Positions 9,237-18,860 of a stretch of DNA of 64,000 bases are shown here, one piece after another. Source of the stretch: Deinococcota bacterium (GTDB taxonomy: Bacteria > Deinococcota > Deinococci > Deinococcales > Thermaceae). The stretch is taken from the NCBI GenBank assembly GCA_041695225.1, contig JBGFRI010000035.1:64001-128000 (forward strand). The letters are read 5' to 3'. Made by a program: the position numbers and the translations under genes. Each line of letters begins with the position of its first letter. Within the stretch, counting starts at the first letter, position 1. The notes under the pieces were generated by a model. That model made no database searches, was not told where the DNA came from, and saw only the letters and a list, made by a program, of their open reading frames with translations.

Positions 9237-9729
9237 TGCACTACTGGCTTCGGCTTACTTTCAGTCTCCGGCAATGGACTGGGCAATAGCTTGCTGTCCT
9301 TCAAGCGCCGGGGCATGTCCGGGTATCCCTTCCCCTTAAGAGGGGGTTGGGGTGAGGGCTCTAAGCACCCAGACTCGCACACTCGGAGCTGGGACCGTAG
9401 GTCGTGCCCATATCTTCTGGACTGATTCGGCACTTGCGAGGCCGGGACGCTCTGTTTTTTTGCCGACGGGCCACCCTAATGTGTAAGGCTGGAACGACGC
9501 AAAGGTTTTTTCGGTTCAATTTCTACACGCTTACAAGCATGATGGCTGAAATGAAACAGCTCTTATCTAATCTTGTGCTGTACTTATTAACTGGTCTGGA
9601 GTGGGCTCAAGGCGGGGATTATTTACCAGCTTCTGGCTCTTACACCGTCCCATTACCTGTTTTTACTACAGGGCTACCGGCGTCTGACCAAATGTGTCCT
9701 CACTTACTTCAAATAAATCAACACGATTG

Positions 9730-9758
9730 TTTACAAATTGAAGACAGCCTGCTATAGT
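9730..9758 (+). promoter_or_regulatory. SigA promoter of sdrP
   Basis: TTTACA-17 bp-TATAGT with extended TG; GAGGAG RBS downstream. Confidence 0.7.
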
Positions 9759-9781
9759 CAACCTTGAGGAGTGATTAAATA

Positions 9782-10390
9782 ATGCAAACCAGCATCCTAG
9801 ACACCCTAACTTTCGGCCCTGGTGAGATCATTCTCTATCCCGGAGAGCCCAGCTCCAAGGATTATCTCTACCGGGTACGGGAGGGTCTGGTGCGCCTGCA
9901 GAGTGTTGATGACGAAGGCAATGCTCTAACGTTGCGGTTTGTTCGTCCTGGTGAGTATTTTGGCGAGGAGGTAATTTCCCTGGCCGAGCGCACCTATTTT
10001 GCCGAGGCCGTGACCGAGACCAGAGTGGATGCCCTGGCCCCCGCACAGCTATCGGCGCAGGAAATGGCCAGCCTGGTGCAAGGACTGGTTAAAGCCCTGA
10101 GCCAGACCTACCAGACCATCCAGCGCATATCGGGCCAGCGCCTGAAGAACCGAATTGCTGCTACCCTGCTCGACCTTTCCCGCACCCCGGTAGCCTTTAC
10201 CGAGAAGAGCGGGCTGGTAGGGGTCAAGGCCACTCACGACGAAATTGCCTCGGCGGTGGGCTCGGTGCGCGAGACCGTAACCAAGGTAATCGGCGAACTG
10301 ACCCGCGAAGGCTATATTCGCTCGGGTTATGGCAGGCTGATCCTGGAAAACCCCCGCGGCCTCGAGCGCCTCTCCAACGAAGCGGCCTGA
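9782..10390 (+). CDS. sdrP: Crp/Fnr-family transcription factor (Thermus SdrP / Deinococcus DdrI-like)
   Basis: VDDEGNALTLRFVRPG..GEE, RLKNRIAA and ATHDEIASAVGSVRETVTKVIGEL closely match my recollection of T. thermophilus SdrP. Confidence 0.85.
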   Translation: MQTSILDTLTFGPGEIILYPGEPSSKDYLYRVREGLVRLQSVDDEGNALTLRFVRPGEYFGEEVISLAERTYFAEAVTETRVDALAPAQLSAQEMASLVQGLVKALSQTYQTIQRISGQRLKNRIAATLLDLSRTPVAFTEKSGLVGVKATHDEIASAVGSVRETVTKVIGELTREGYIRSGYGRLILENPRGLERLSNEAA

Positions 10391-10641
10391 TAGCACCCAG
10401 AGTTTTCCTAAAGCTCGCTCCTTTCTGAGATAAGTCGTACAGCTTTTGTACGACTTTTTGCATCGCGACCTGGTTTCCTAATCAGCAACACAGTGGAAAC
10501 GGGCTGCTAAAGCTCAGATTTAGCTTCCTGATTCGGCCATATTCACCTGGCTACAAAGACCAGGGCCAACTGAATCGAGTTCTTTGGCGTAGCGGTGTGT
10601 CGGCTGGCTGTCGGCTGGCTGTATTTACGGGCGGAAATATA

Positions 10642-10665
10642 GCCTCCTCCAAAAACGGAGGAGGC
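10642..10665 (-). terminator. Intrinsic terminator of the 5'-nucleotidase gene
   Basis: GCCTCCTCC-AAAAAC-GGAGGAGGC perfect 9-bp stem, with a T-rich tail on the minus strand. Confidence 0.7.
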
Positions 10666-10691
10666 CACTGGGTTTGTGGTGTCAAGGAAGG

Positions 10692-12362
10692 CTAAACCCC
10701 CACCCGCAAGAACCTGTCGGAGTAGAACGGCCCCTCCCAGCGCTGGCCTCGAGGCTCGTTAAGGATGGTAATGCGGTTCTCCAGGCGCGGCTCCCACGAG
10801 GGCTGGGTACGCAGGTACTCAATCAGAACTTCGGCGTCGCTAAAACCGGTATCGACGCGGAAGCCCCGGGCATCGCGGAACGATGTAAAGCCGTCGCCGC
10901 CCGCGGCGGTAAAGCTGTTGGTCACGACCCGGTAGGTGGCGTTTGGATCCAGCGGCTGGAAGCCGGTTGGAGTCTGGATCTGAACCTGGGTTATGCGGCT
11001 GCCTGCCGGGCGGGCCATGTCGAAGGTGTAGCGGATGCCCGCCACCCCAGAAAGGAAACGCCCGGCAATGGCCTCCCACTGGGATACGCCGTTTTCCAGG
11101 GCGGCCAGAATCTCGCTACCCCGCAGCTCGAGCACCGTAAGGGTGTTGCCAAACGGCAGTACCTCGTTGGCCTGGCCCACGGTAATGTTTCCGGCTGGAA
11201 TGCTGGCGCGGATGCCCCCGCCGTTTTGCAGGGCGATGGTTGCGCCAGCCTGGCGGGTCTTCCACAGCATGGCGTCGGCAATCAAGTTAGCCAGGTTGGT
11301 CTCACGGCGGCGCACATCGTTGCGCTCGCCATTTAGGGCCACTGCAGCGCGAGAGACCACCTGTGCCCGTAGCGCCGCAATAGGCAGGCCATAAGCTGCA
11401 ATGGCATCCAGCGCAAAGCGGTCTTCGGGCAGGTCGGCGGTCAGGGGGATCACCTGGCCCTGGTGGGCTACCAGCTCGCCTCGGGGGTTGAGGGTGACCT
11501 GCAAGCGGCCCACTACCTTGGCCCACTCCCAGGCCTGCACCACCAGCACATCCTTGTTCTCGGGGTTCTTGACAATGGTGGGGTAGGGCCCGCCCGAACG
11601 CAGCTCGGGGAAGGGGGTCTGGCCCAGCAGGGTGTGGCTGTGCCCGCCCACAATCACCTGCACCCCGGTTACCCTGCGGGCCAGCTCTTGCTCTTGGCGG
11701 TAGCCCAGGTGCGAGAGCACCACAATGTTCTTTACACCCCTGGCCAGAAGCTCGACCACTGCCTGCTGGGTGGCGGGAACCGGGTCGGTAAAGCGCACAT
11801 TGGGTCCGGGGCTCGAAAGGATGTTGGTATCGGGGGTGGTGAGGCCAATAATCCCCACCCGCTGCCCACCCACACTCACCACTGCATAGGGCCGGATGCG
11901 CCCGGCCAGCCTGGGCTCGCGCGAGACATCGGTATTGGCCGATACTACCGCAAAGCGAATGCCATTTAGAAAGTTTGCCAGACCCTCGGGCCCCAGGTTG
12001 TACTCGTGGTTGCCCGGCGCCAGGGCCCGGATGCCCATCCGGTGCAGGAAGTGGCGGTCGGCCAGCCCCTGGTACTGGTTAAAGAACAGGGTTCCCTGAA
12101 AAACGTCCCCCGCGTGCAAAAACAGGGGATTGGTGGCAGTGCCGCGCATCCGGTCAAAAAACGAGATGGTACGGGCAAAGCCTCCCAAAATCTGGTTTCG
12201 TTGACCGCCCAGAGTGAGGCCCGTGGTGGGCTCGAGCCTGGCGTGGGTGTCGTTGATGTGAACAATGGTCATGGTGAAGTTACCAACACCCTGAGCCCTG
12301 GTAAAGCCGGCCAGGGCCGCCCCGCCAACCAGACCTGCTTTGAGTACATCTCTACGGCGCAT
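10692..12362 (-). CDS. Tat-exported bifunctional metallophosphatase / 5'-nucleotidase (UshA-like)
   Basis: MRRRDVLK twin-arginine signal; HINDTH, AGDVFQG, GNHEY, GGHSH, NGGGIR and PFGN motifs. Confidence 0.92.
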   Translation of the reverse strand: MRRRDVLKAGLVGGAALAGFTRAQGVGNFTMTIVHINDTHARLEPTTGLTLGGQRNQILGGFARTISFFDRMRGTATNPLFLHAGDVFQGTLFFNQYQGLADRHFLHRMGIRALAPGNHEYNLGPEGLANFLNGIRFAVVSANTDVSREPRLAGRIRPYAVVSVGGQRVGIIGLTTPDTNILSSPGPNVRFTDPVPATQQAVVELLARGVKNIVVLSHLGYRQEQELARRVTGVQVIVGGHSHTLLGQTPFPELRSGGPYPTIVKNPENKDVLVVQAWEWAKVVGRLQVTLNPRGELVAHQGQVIPLTADLPEDRFALDAIAAYGLPIAALRAQVVSRAAVALNGERNDVRRRETNLANLIADAMLWKTRQAGATIALQNGGGIRASIPAGNITVGQANEVLPFGNTLTVLELRGSEILAALENGVSQWEAIAGRFLSGVAGIRYTFDMARPAGSRITQVQIQTPTGFQPLDPNATYRVVTNSFTAAGGDGFTSFRDARGFRVDTGFSDAEVLIEYLRTQPSWEPRLENRITILNEPRGQRWEGPFYSDRFLRVGV

Positions 12363-12544
12363 GGTTTCTCCTCCTCTAAACTACCCACGACATTCTATAA
12401 CTGCCCAAGGTCATGTCTGCATCAAGCCAAGAGTGTTGAAACATTGAGCCCGATTTCAGCCGGCCCTCAGATTTGACGCATAGGTTTAGTCGGTAGTCCG
12501 ACCATGCTGTATTTTGCAGTTTTGTCAGCCACCCAGGAGAACTT

Positions 12545-13627
12545 ATGAGACACCTTGTTGCTGCCCTGCTTGTTATTACCCTTGTAGGATGCCAGGAAAT
12601 TGTTGCCCCGGCCAACTTTAGGGTGGAAGAAGTGAGAAGAGAACTAGGCGGCGCCCTCTGGAGCATCAATTTTGCTCCCGATGGCCGCTTGTTCTTCACC
12701 GATCGCGATCGGAGCCAGATTCGCGTAAGCGCTCTGAATCTGACCACCGGGGCGGTGACCCATTTCAACGGCAGTTCGGCTGTGCGAGACGAGGGTGAGG
12801 GCGGCATTCTGGGTATGGAGCTCGATCCTGACTTTGCCCGCAACAGTTGGGTCTACATATGCTATTCGGTCTGGAGCAATGGAAACCGCCGTAACCGGCT
12901 TTCCCGCTTCCAGATTTCCGGCAATGCTTTGACCAATGAATTAATTTTGCTGGATAACATGCGTGGGGCCTCTAACCACAATGGCTGCCGGGTAGTCTGG
13001 GGTCCTGACAACATGCTTTACTTCTCGATGGGTGACGCGGCTGATCAGCCTTCCTCGCAAGACCTATCTGCGCTGGCCGGCAAAATCTTCCGCATCAACC
13101 CGAATGGCACCATTCCAAGTGATAATCCATTCCCCGGCAGTCCTGTTTGGGCACTGGGCCTGCGCAACTCGCAGGGACTGGCCTTCCAGCCCGGCACTGG
13201 ACTCCTGTGGTCTACCGAGCATGGGCCACACATAAAGGATGAGCTCAATGTAATCAAGCGCGGCAGAAACTACGGCTGGCCCCACTGCATGGGTACCGAC
13301 CCCTGCCCCAGCGTGACCAACTATCAGCCCGCCATCAGGCAGTACACCGCCACCGACACCATCGCACCCAGCGACATGATGTTCTATACAGGCAACGTGT
13401 TTACCGCTTGGCGTAACAACCTGTTCTTTGTCACCCTTAGAACTGGGCGGCTATACCGGCTGGTGTTGAATGGGGAGTCAGTCGCTCATGAAGAGATCCT
13501 GATTGATACCCATACTGGCCCTCATCGGGGGTTTGGTCGCTTGCGAGATATCGCCACCGGGCCGGATGGTTTGATCTACATTTCTACCGATGACGGGCGC
13601 ATTTTGCGGCTGGTTCCGACAAACTAG
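12545..13627 (+). CDS. PQQ-dependent glucose/sorbosone (aldose sugar) dehydrogenase, lipoprotein
   Basis: LVGC lipobox; EGGILG, HNGCR, GLRNSQG, EHGP, NYGWP and GRLRDI motifs. Confidence 0.88.
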   Translation: MRHLVAALLVITLVGCQEIVAPANFRVEEVRRELGGALWSINFAPDGRLFFTDRDRSQIRVSALNLTTGAVTHFNGSSAVRDEGEGGILGMELDPDFARNSWVYICYSVWSNGNRRNRLSRFQISGNALTNELILLDNMRGASNHNGCRVVWGPDNMLYFSMGDAADQPSSQDLSALAGKIFRINPNGTIPSDNPFPGSPVWALGLRNSQGLAFQPGTGLLWSTEHGPHIKDELNVIKRGRNYGWPHCMGTDPCPSVTNYQPAIRQYTATDTIAPSDMMFYTGNVFTAWRNNLFFVTLRTGRLYRLVLNGESVAHEEILIDTHTGPHRGFGRLRDIATGPDGLIYISTDDGRILRLVPTN

Positions 13628-13691
13628 AGTTGGGCGGGCTAATCTGGGCATTTTCCACACCCTCTTCATCTGCTGCCACTAGACTGATGCC

Positions 13692-14870
13692 ATGTTTATT
13701 ATTGCCCTGGTACTTTTTGCGAGTTTTGCACTGGCCCAAAACCAGCCCGCTTTTCGGGTAGAAGAGGTAGCCCGCAATCTGGGGGTGCCCTGGAGTATGC
13801 AGTTTGCCCCAGATGGCAGGCTGTTTTTTACCCAGCGTGACCTGAGCACCATCCAGGTTAGCGCCCTGGACTTGCGTACCGGCAGGGTAACCAGCTTTCC
13901 TGGCAGTTCTGCGGTGCGCGACGAGGGCGAGGGGGGTATTTTGGGCCTCGAGCTCGACCCCAACTTTGCCCAGAACAACCGCCTTTTCATCTGTTACTCG
14001 TACTGGAAGGACGGCGTTCAGGCCCCCAACAACCGGCGTAACCGGGTCTCGAGCTTCATCCTGGCCAACAACCGCCTGACCAACGAACGCATCCTGCTGG
14101 GCGATATGCTGGGCTGGGTCAACCACAACGGCTGCCGGGTGGTCTGGGGGCCCGATGGAAGGCTGTATATCTCGATGGGCGATGCTGGCAACGCCCCCGC
14201 CAACATTCCCGGCGAGCCGGGCTACGCGGCCAAGGCCCAGAGCCTGCGGCTTTTATCGGGGAAAATTTTCCGCATCAACCCCGATGGCAGCATCCCCTCC
14301 GACAACCCCTTCTATACCCGGACTACAGGAGCCGCCAGGGCTACCTGGGCGCTGGGGCTGCGCAACACCCAGGGGCTGGCCTTTCAGCCGGGAACCAATT
14401 TGCTCTGGGCCACCGAGCACGGCCCCAACACCCGCGATGAGCTAAACATTATCCGCCGGGGCAAAAACTATGGCTGGCCCCGCTGTAGTGGAACCCAGCC
14501 CTTTGGCACGGTGATGCATGTGCCCGCCGATAGTATTACCTTTAACTGCACCGGCGCCGATCTGCGCGAGACTTACCAGCCCGCCGTGCGGGAGTACGGA
14601 GGTGGCAACCTGCCTACCATCGCCCCCAGCAACCTGATGTTCTATACCGGCAACGCCTTTCCCCAGTGGGCAGGGAATTTGTTTTTTGTAACCCTTCGCA
14701 CCGGGCGGCTGTACCGGCTCGAGCTTAGCGGCGAGCAGGTTATCAGGGAAGAAATTCTGATCAACAATCAGCATGGCCGCCTGCGCGATATTGTGGTGGG
14801 GCCGGATGGCCTGATCTATATCTCCACCGACCACGGCCAGATTCTGCGCCTCAGGCCCGGCGCTCCCTGA
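13692..14870 (+). CDS. PQQ-dependent glucose/sorbosone dehydrogenase, secreted paralogue
   Basis: Sec signal ending ALA; same motif set and long identical peptides shared with the upstream gene. Confidence 0.88.
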   Translation: MFIIALVLFASFALAQNQPAFRVEEVARNLGVPWSMQFAPDGRLFFTQRDLSTIQVSALDLRTGRVTSFPGSSAVRDEGEGGILGLELDPNFAQNNRLFICYSYWKDGVQAPNNRRNRVSSFILANNRLTNERILLGDMLGWVNHNGCRVVWGPDGRLYISMGDAGNAPANIPGEPGYAAKAQSLRLLSGKIFRINPDGSIPSDNPFYTRTTGAARATWALGLRNTQGLAFQPGTNLLWATEHGPNTRDELNIIRRGKNYGWPRCSGTQPFGTVMHVPADSITFNCTGADLRETYQPAVREYGGGNLPTIAPSNLMFYTGNAFPQWAGNLFFVTLRTGRLYRLELSGEQVIREEILINNQHGRLRDIVVGPDGLIYISTDHGQILRLRPGAP

Positions 14871-14905
14871 TAAAAGCGGTTCTGTGTGAACAGTATGCTA
14901 TAAGC

Positions 14906-16267
14906 ATGGCGCATACCAGGCAGGATATTCTGCAACAGCTCAAAGACCAGCAGGTGCGCTCTTTGCGCCTGCAGTTTAGCGACATTCTGGGCATTAACAA
15001 GGCCGTAGAGCTGCCGGTGGGCCAGGCCGAGAAGGCCCTGGACGGCGAGATCGTGTTTGATGGCTCGTCGCTGGAGGGCATTGGCCGCACCGAGGTCGAA
15101 GAGTCGGACATGCTCCTGAGGCCCGATTACAACAGCTTTGTGGTTTATCCGCGGGATCTGGAACCCACTACCAAAGTAAGCGTGGCCCGACTGATCTGTG
15201 ACATTGCCTACCTCGACGGCACGCCCTTTGAAGGCGACCCCCGGCGGGTGCTAAAGCGGCAGCTCGAGCGGGCCCAGAAAACAGGTTTTGACCAGTTCTT
15301 TGTGGGCGCCGAGGCGGAGTTTTTTTTGTTCAGCCGTGGTCCGGACGGCAGCCCCACCACTTACACCAACGACCGCGCAGGCTACTTTGATCTGGCCCCT
15401 ACCGACAAAGGTGAAGAAGCCAGGCGCAATATGGTAGACACCCTGGGCGCAATGGGGCTAGAGATCGAAGCCGCCCACCACGAAGGGGCCCCCGGTCAGC
15501 ACGAGATAGATTTCAAACACGCTAGCGCCCTGAAAGTCGCCGATGACCTGACCACTTTCAAGTTTGTGGCCAAGCGGGTAGCAATTAACCACGGATTACA
15601 CGCGACCTTCATGCCCAAGCCCATCGCCGGAATCAATGGTTCGGGTCTGCACTTTCACCTATCGCTCTTTAAGAACGGTCAGAATGCGTTTTTTGAGCCC
15701 AGGGGCAGGCTCGAGGCCTGGCCCCACCAGCTCTCCAAAACTGCCTTGCAGTTTATTGCTGGCCTTTTCGAGCACGCCGAGGGCATGGCCGCCATTACCA
15801 ACCCGCTGGTGAACTCCTACAAACGCCTGACCCCCGGCTTCGAAGCCCCCACCAGCGTGGCCTGGTCGGTCTCGCACCGCAGCGCCATGATCCGCGTGCC
15901 CAGGCGGCGTGGCGTGGGCACGCGGGCCGAGTTTCGCTTTCCCGACCCCTCCTGCAACCCCTATCTGGCCCTGGCGGTTATTCTGGCTGCGGGGCTTGAG
16001 GGTATCGAGAGCAGCCTGACCCCGCCGCCGCCCATCGAGCGCGACGTATACGAACTATCGGTGCGAGACCGGCGCAAGTACCGGGTCACCGAGATGCCCG
16101 GAACCCTGCGCGAAGCCCTGGAAGCCCTGCAAAAAGACCGGGTGGTTCGCCAGGCCTTAGGAGAGCAGGTCTACCAGGACTTTCTCAACGCCAAACAGCT
16201 CGAGTGGAACTCCTACCGCACCGCGGTGCACCAGTGGGAGTTACAGCAGTATCTGGCCGAGTACTAA
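14906..16267 (+). CDS. glnA: Glutamine synthetase type I
   Basis: FDGSS, EAEFFLF, HHEGAPGQHEI, ATFMPKP, NGSG, NSYKRL.PGFEAP and NPYLA motifs. Confidence 0.88.
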   Translation: MAHTRQDILQQLKDQQVRSLRLQFSDILGINKAVELPVGQAEKALDGEIVFDGSSLEGIGRTEVEESDMLLRPDYNSFVVYPRDLEPTTKVSVARLICDIAYLDGTPFEGDPRRVLKRQLERAQKTGFDQFFVGAEAEFFLFSRGPDGSPTTYTNDRAGYFDLAPTDKGEEARRNMVDTLGAMGLEIEAAHHEGAPGQHEIDFKHASALKVADDLTTFKFVAKRVAINHGLHATFMPKPIAGINGSGLHFHLSLFKNGQNAFFEPRGRLEAWPHQLSKTALQFIAGLFEHAEGMAAITNPLVNSYKRLTPGFEAPTSVAWSVSHRSAMIRVPRRRGVGTRAEFRFPDPSCNPYLALAVILAAGLEGIESSLTPPPPIERDVYELSVRDRRKYRVTEMPGTLREALEALQKDRVVRQALGEQVYQDFLNAKQLEWNSYRTAVHQWELQQYLAEY

Positions 16268-16268
16268 C

Positions 16269-16417
16269 TATAGTGGACCCCATAAGCTAGACAGAACACC
16301 GCAGGCTCTAAGCGACCATAGAAGACGCTGTCCCGAGCCTGCGTCAGGATGAGAAAACACCACTCAGCCAGTTTCAAAGCACAGGTTGTCCTGGAGCTAC
16401 TCAGGGAAGAAAAGACA
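16269..16417 (+). mobile_element. IS3-family left-end remnant (IRL plus the first ~23 codons of orfA)
   Basis: TATAGTGGACCCCATAAGCTAGACAG resembles an IS3 IRL. ATG 16349 gives MRKHHSASFKAQVVLELLREEKT, after which similarity stops. Confidence 0.65.
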
Positions 16418-16794
16418 GATTCGGAGCTGGAATCAGGATCGAGACCGTGGGCAATGTGCTTGTCAGTACACTGGTTCTTGAATACACACCCCGCTCGCTT
16501 CCTGCAAGCCCAGCAGGGGTGATCACCCAGTTTAACCTTGTAGGGGGTGGCTCAGTCCCTGGTGCAGGAGAAGCAGCCCAACTACACAAATCGCAGAGTG
16601 TCCGGTGATAACTGGAATCCTGGAGATTGCTCCTCCTCCCACTCGGGGAAGCATTGTACTGGAAAGCTATGCCGTTATCGGCTTTAACGGCAATGGGCGT
16701 ACAGTTGCACTCAATCCCCCGATGCCTCTCTACTAAACTATCTACACCCTCTCACCGGCCCGGGCTGTTCCCAGTCTGGGTTATACTTTGCGCA

Positions 16795-17754
16795 ATGAGC
16801 GCGAAGGGCTTAGCCGACAGGTTAGATCTGCTGCTAGCGAATTTCGAAGACCGGTTGCGGGATGTGGTGCAGTCTGAGGTGGAGTTTATCCGCCTCATTG
16901 AGGAAGACCTGGTAACCGCGGGGGGCAAGCGCATTCGACCACGGCTGGTATTCCTGGCCAGCAATGCCTTAGGAGGGGTTCCGGGTGCAATGGAGCTGGC
17001 CCTGTCGGTCGAGTTGCTGCACTCGGCTTCGCTACTGCACGACGACCTGGTAGACGATGCCGAGACCCGGCGGGGCAAGGAAGCCGCTTTTCGTAAGTAT
17101 GGCAACGCGGTCTCGGTGCTTTCGGGCGACTACCTGCTTTCCCGGCTGATGGCCCTGCTAGCCCAGACCGGGCGGATGGAGCTGGTAGCAATGTTCGCCG
17201 AAACAGCCCGGCAACTTTCCGAGGCCGAGGTCTTGCAGTTTCAGGTCGCGGCGCTACACGATTACTCGCTGGCAAACTACGAACGTATCATAGATGGCAA
17301 GACCGCCTCGGTCATGCGGGTAGCCTGCGAAGGGGCCGCGGTACTGGGCAGTGTGCCCGCTGCTGTGCGCGAGGCCCTGGCCCGCTTTGGTTCTCTGTAT
17401 GGCCAGGCTTTCCAGATGCGCGACGACTACCTGGATCTGATGGGCACGGCAGAAGTGTTGGGCAAGCCTGCGGGGGGCGACGTGCGCGAGGGTAAAGTTA
17501 CCCTTATTACCCTGCGTTTGCTCGAGGCCTACCCCGACGAAGTAGAGGCTATCTTTAAGCGCAAGGCCAGCGCGCCTGGCGATACCGCCCGCTTGCAGGA
17601 ACTGGCAGTGCTCTCTGGCGCCGACCTCGAGGTCACCGAGGCCATTGGCGCACGGGTGGAGCGGGCCATCAGAGCCCTGCGGGTTCTACCCCATTCAATC
17701 TACCGCGACGAACTGGAGGCCCTGGCCAGGCGCGAGCTGGTGCGGGTAAGGTGA
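16795..17754 (+). CDS. Trans-polyprenyl diphosphate synthase
   Basis: GGKRIRP, LLHDDLVDDAETRRG, GKTA and FQMRDDYLD motifs; TATACT 7 nt before ATG 16795. Confidence 0.92.
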   Translation: MSAKGLADRLDLLLANFEDRLRDVVQSEVEFIRLIEEDLVTAGGKRIRPRLVFLASNALGGVPGAMELALSVELLHSASLLHDDLVDDAETRRGKEAAFRKYGNAVSVLSGDYLLSRLMALLAQTGRMELVAMFAETARQLSEAEVLQFQVAALHDYSLANYERIIDGKTASVMRVACEGAAVLGSVPAAVREALARFGSLYGQAFQMRDDYLDLMGTAEVLGKPAGGDVREGKVTLITLRLLEAYPDEVEAIFKRKASAPGDTARLQELAVLSGADLEVTEAIGARVERAIRALRVLPHSIYRDELEALARRELVRVR

Positions 17755-17886
17755 TACCGGTTAACCTAACTTCCTAACTTCCCTGGTCCTGCTCCGCGTT
17801 GCCGCCGCTAGTGGCTGGGCCATAATCCTGCAACTGCGGCCTAGGTTAGCATTCAGAAATTACCAGGACGCCCACTCTAAATAGGA

Positions 17887-17910
17887 GCCGATAGCCGATA
17901 GCTGATAGCA
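17887..17910. repeat. Short heptamer array
   Basis: GCCGATA GCCGATA GCTGATA GC. Confidence 0.75.
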
Positions 17911-18102
17911 ACAGCCGCTCTAACCAGGGGAGAGGAGATTTCTAAAACGCCATCTGAGAAAATGACACCCTGCCAGCTTGCATGCAGAAGTAAGTTAGTG
18001 ACCGTGTTCATGGTCCCTGCGGCGTCGCCGGATGAGGGGCTTTGACTGCCCGCACAAAGTTGATGTATTACCCATTCTGCGCCAGCAGCTGGTGCTTATG
18101 TT

Positions 18103-18666
18103 CTACAAACGTACCCAGTCTTCCCTGGTGATCTCCATCGGCACAAACTCGGCCCTGGGCAAAAGGCTGAAGTAGAAACGGGGCGCGCCGGAAGGAGCGC
18201 CCTCAACCCGACGGAAGCCGGCTTTTGCAAAGGCCCGCTGAGCACGAAGGTTGTGTTTGTAAGTACGCAGCCTGACCTTTTCTAGCCGCAGGGTGCTGAA
18301 AGCATATTCCAGCACAGCCTTTACAGCATCTGTGCCGTAGCCCTGCCCCCAGCGGTTCTTGGCCCCAATCAGGATGCCCAGGGTAGCTTCGCTGCGGGTT
18401 ATTTCATAAAGCTCCACAGTGCCCAACCACTCGCCTTTTTCGTCCATAATCCCAAACCCCATCCGGTCGCCGCGGCTGATCTCACCCATTACCACCCGCT
18501 TGAAGAGCCACAATGGCATCTTGAGCGGGCGGCTACCATTCCACTCGGCAATTTCAGGATCACGGAAACAGTCGTAAAACCGTCGCCATTCGGCCTCTGC
18601 GATAGGCTCAGTAAAGGGTTTCAGGCTTACTTTTCCGCGGCGCGGCCAGGTGTTGCTGAGCGTCAC
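18103..18666 (-). CDS. GNAT-family N-acetyltransferase (RimJ/RimL-like)
   Basis: WGQGYGTDAV, N.RAQRAF.KAGF motifs; TATGCT 6 nt before GTG 18666. Confidence 0.85.
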   Translation of the reverse strand: MTLSNTWPRRGKVSLKPFTEPIAEAEWRRFYDCFRDPEIAEWNGSRPLKMPLWLFKRVVMGEISRGDRMGFGIMDEKGEWLGTVELYEITRSEATLGILIGAKNRWGQGYGTDAVKAVLEYAFSTLRLEKVRLRTYKHNLRAQRAFAKAGFRRVEGAPSGAPRFYFSLLPRAEFVPMEITREDWVRL

Positions 18667-18860
18667 CCTTTTAGCATACGCCAACCCCGAAAAGTGTATG
18701 GTTAGGAGTACCTGTTGCCAGGTTTATCGCGATTCGGGCCTTAGCCAGCGCCATACCGAGTTCAGAAATATAACCAGCCCGCAGTATCGCTTTACCGATG
18801 CTGCTCCCAGCGCAAGGCGCAACTGTTTGTGCCTACAACCACAAGACTGTGGGAAGGCTT

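Noticed and set aside
9404..9757. 117-aa ORF upstream of sdrP
   Set aside because: AT-rich with atypical codon use and overlaps the promoter; more likely regulatory DNA.
10600..10622. Short tandem duplications (GTCGGCTGGCT x2; CCTAACTT x2 near 17765)
   Set aside because: Only two copies each, not in the 7-bp register, and compatible with chance slippage.
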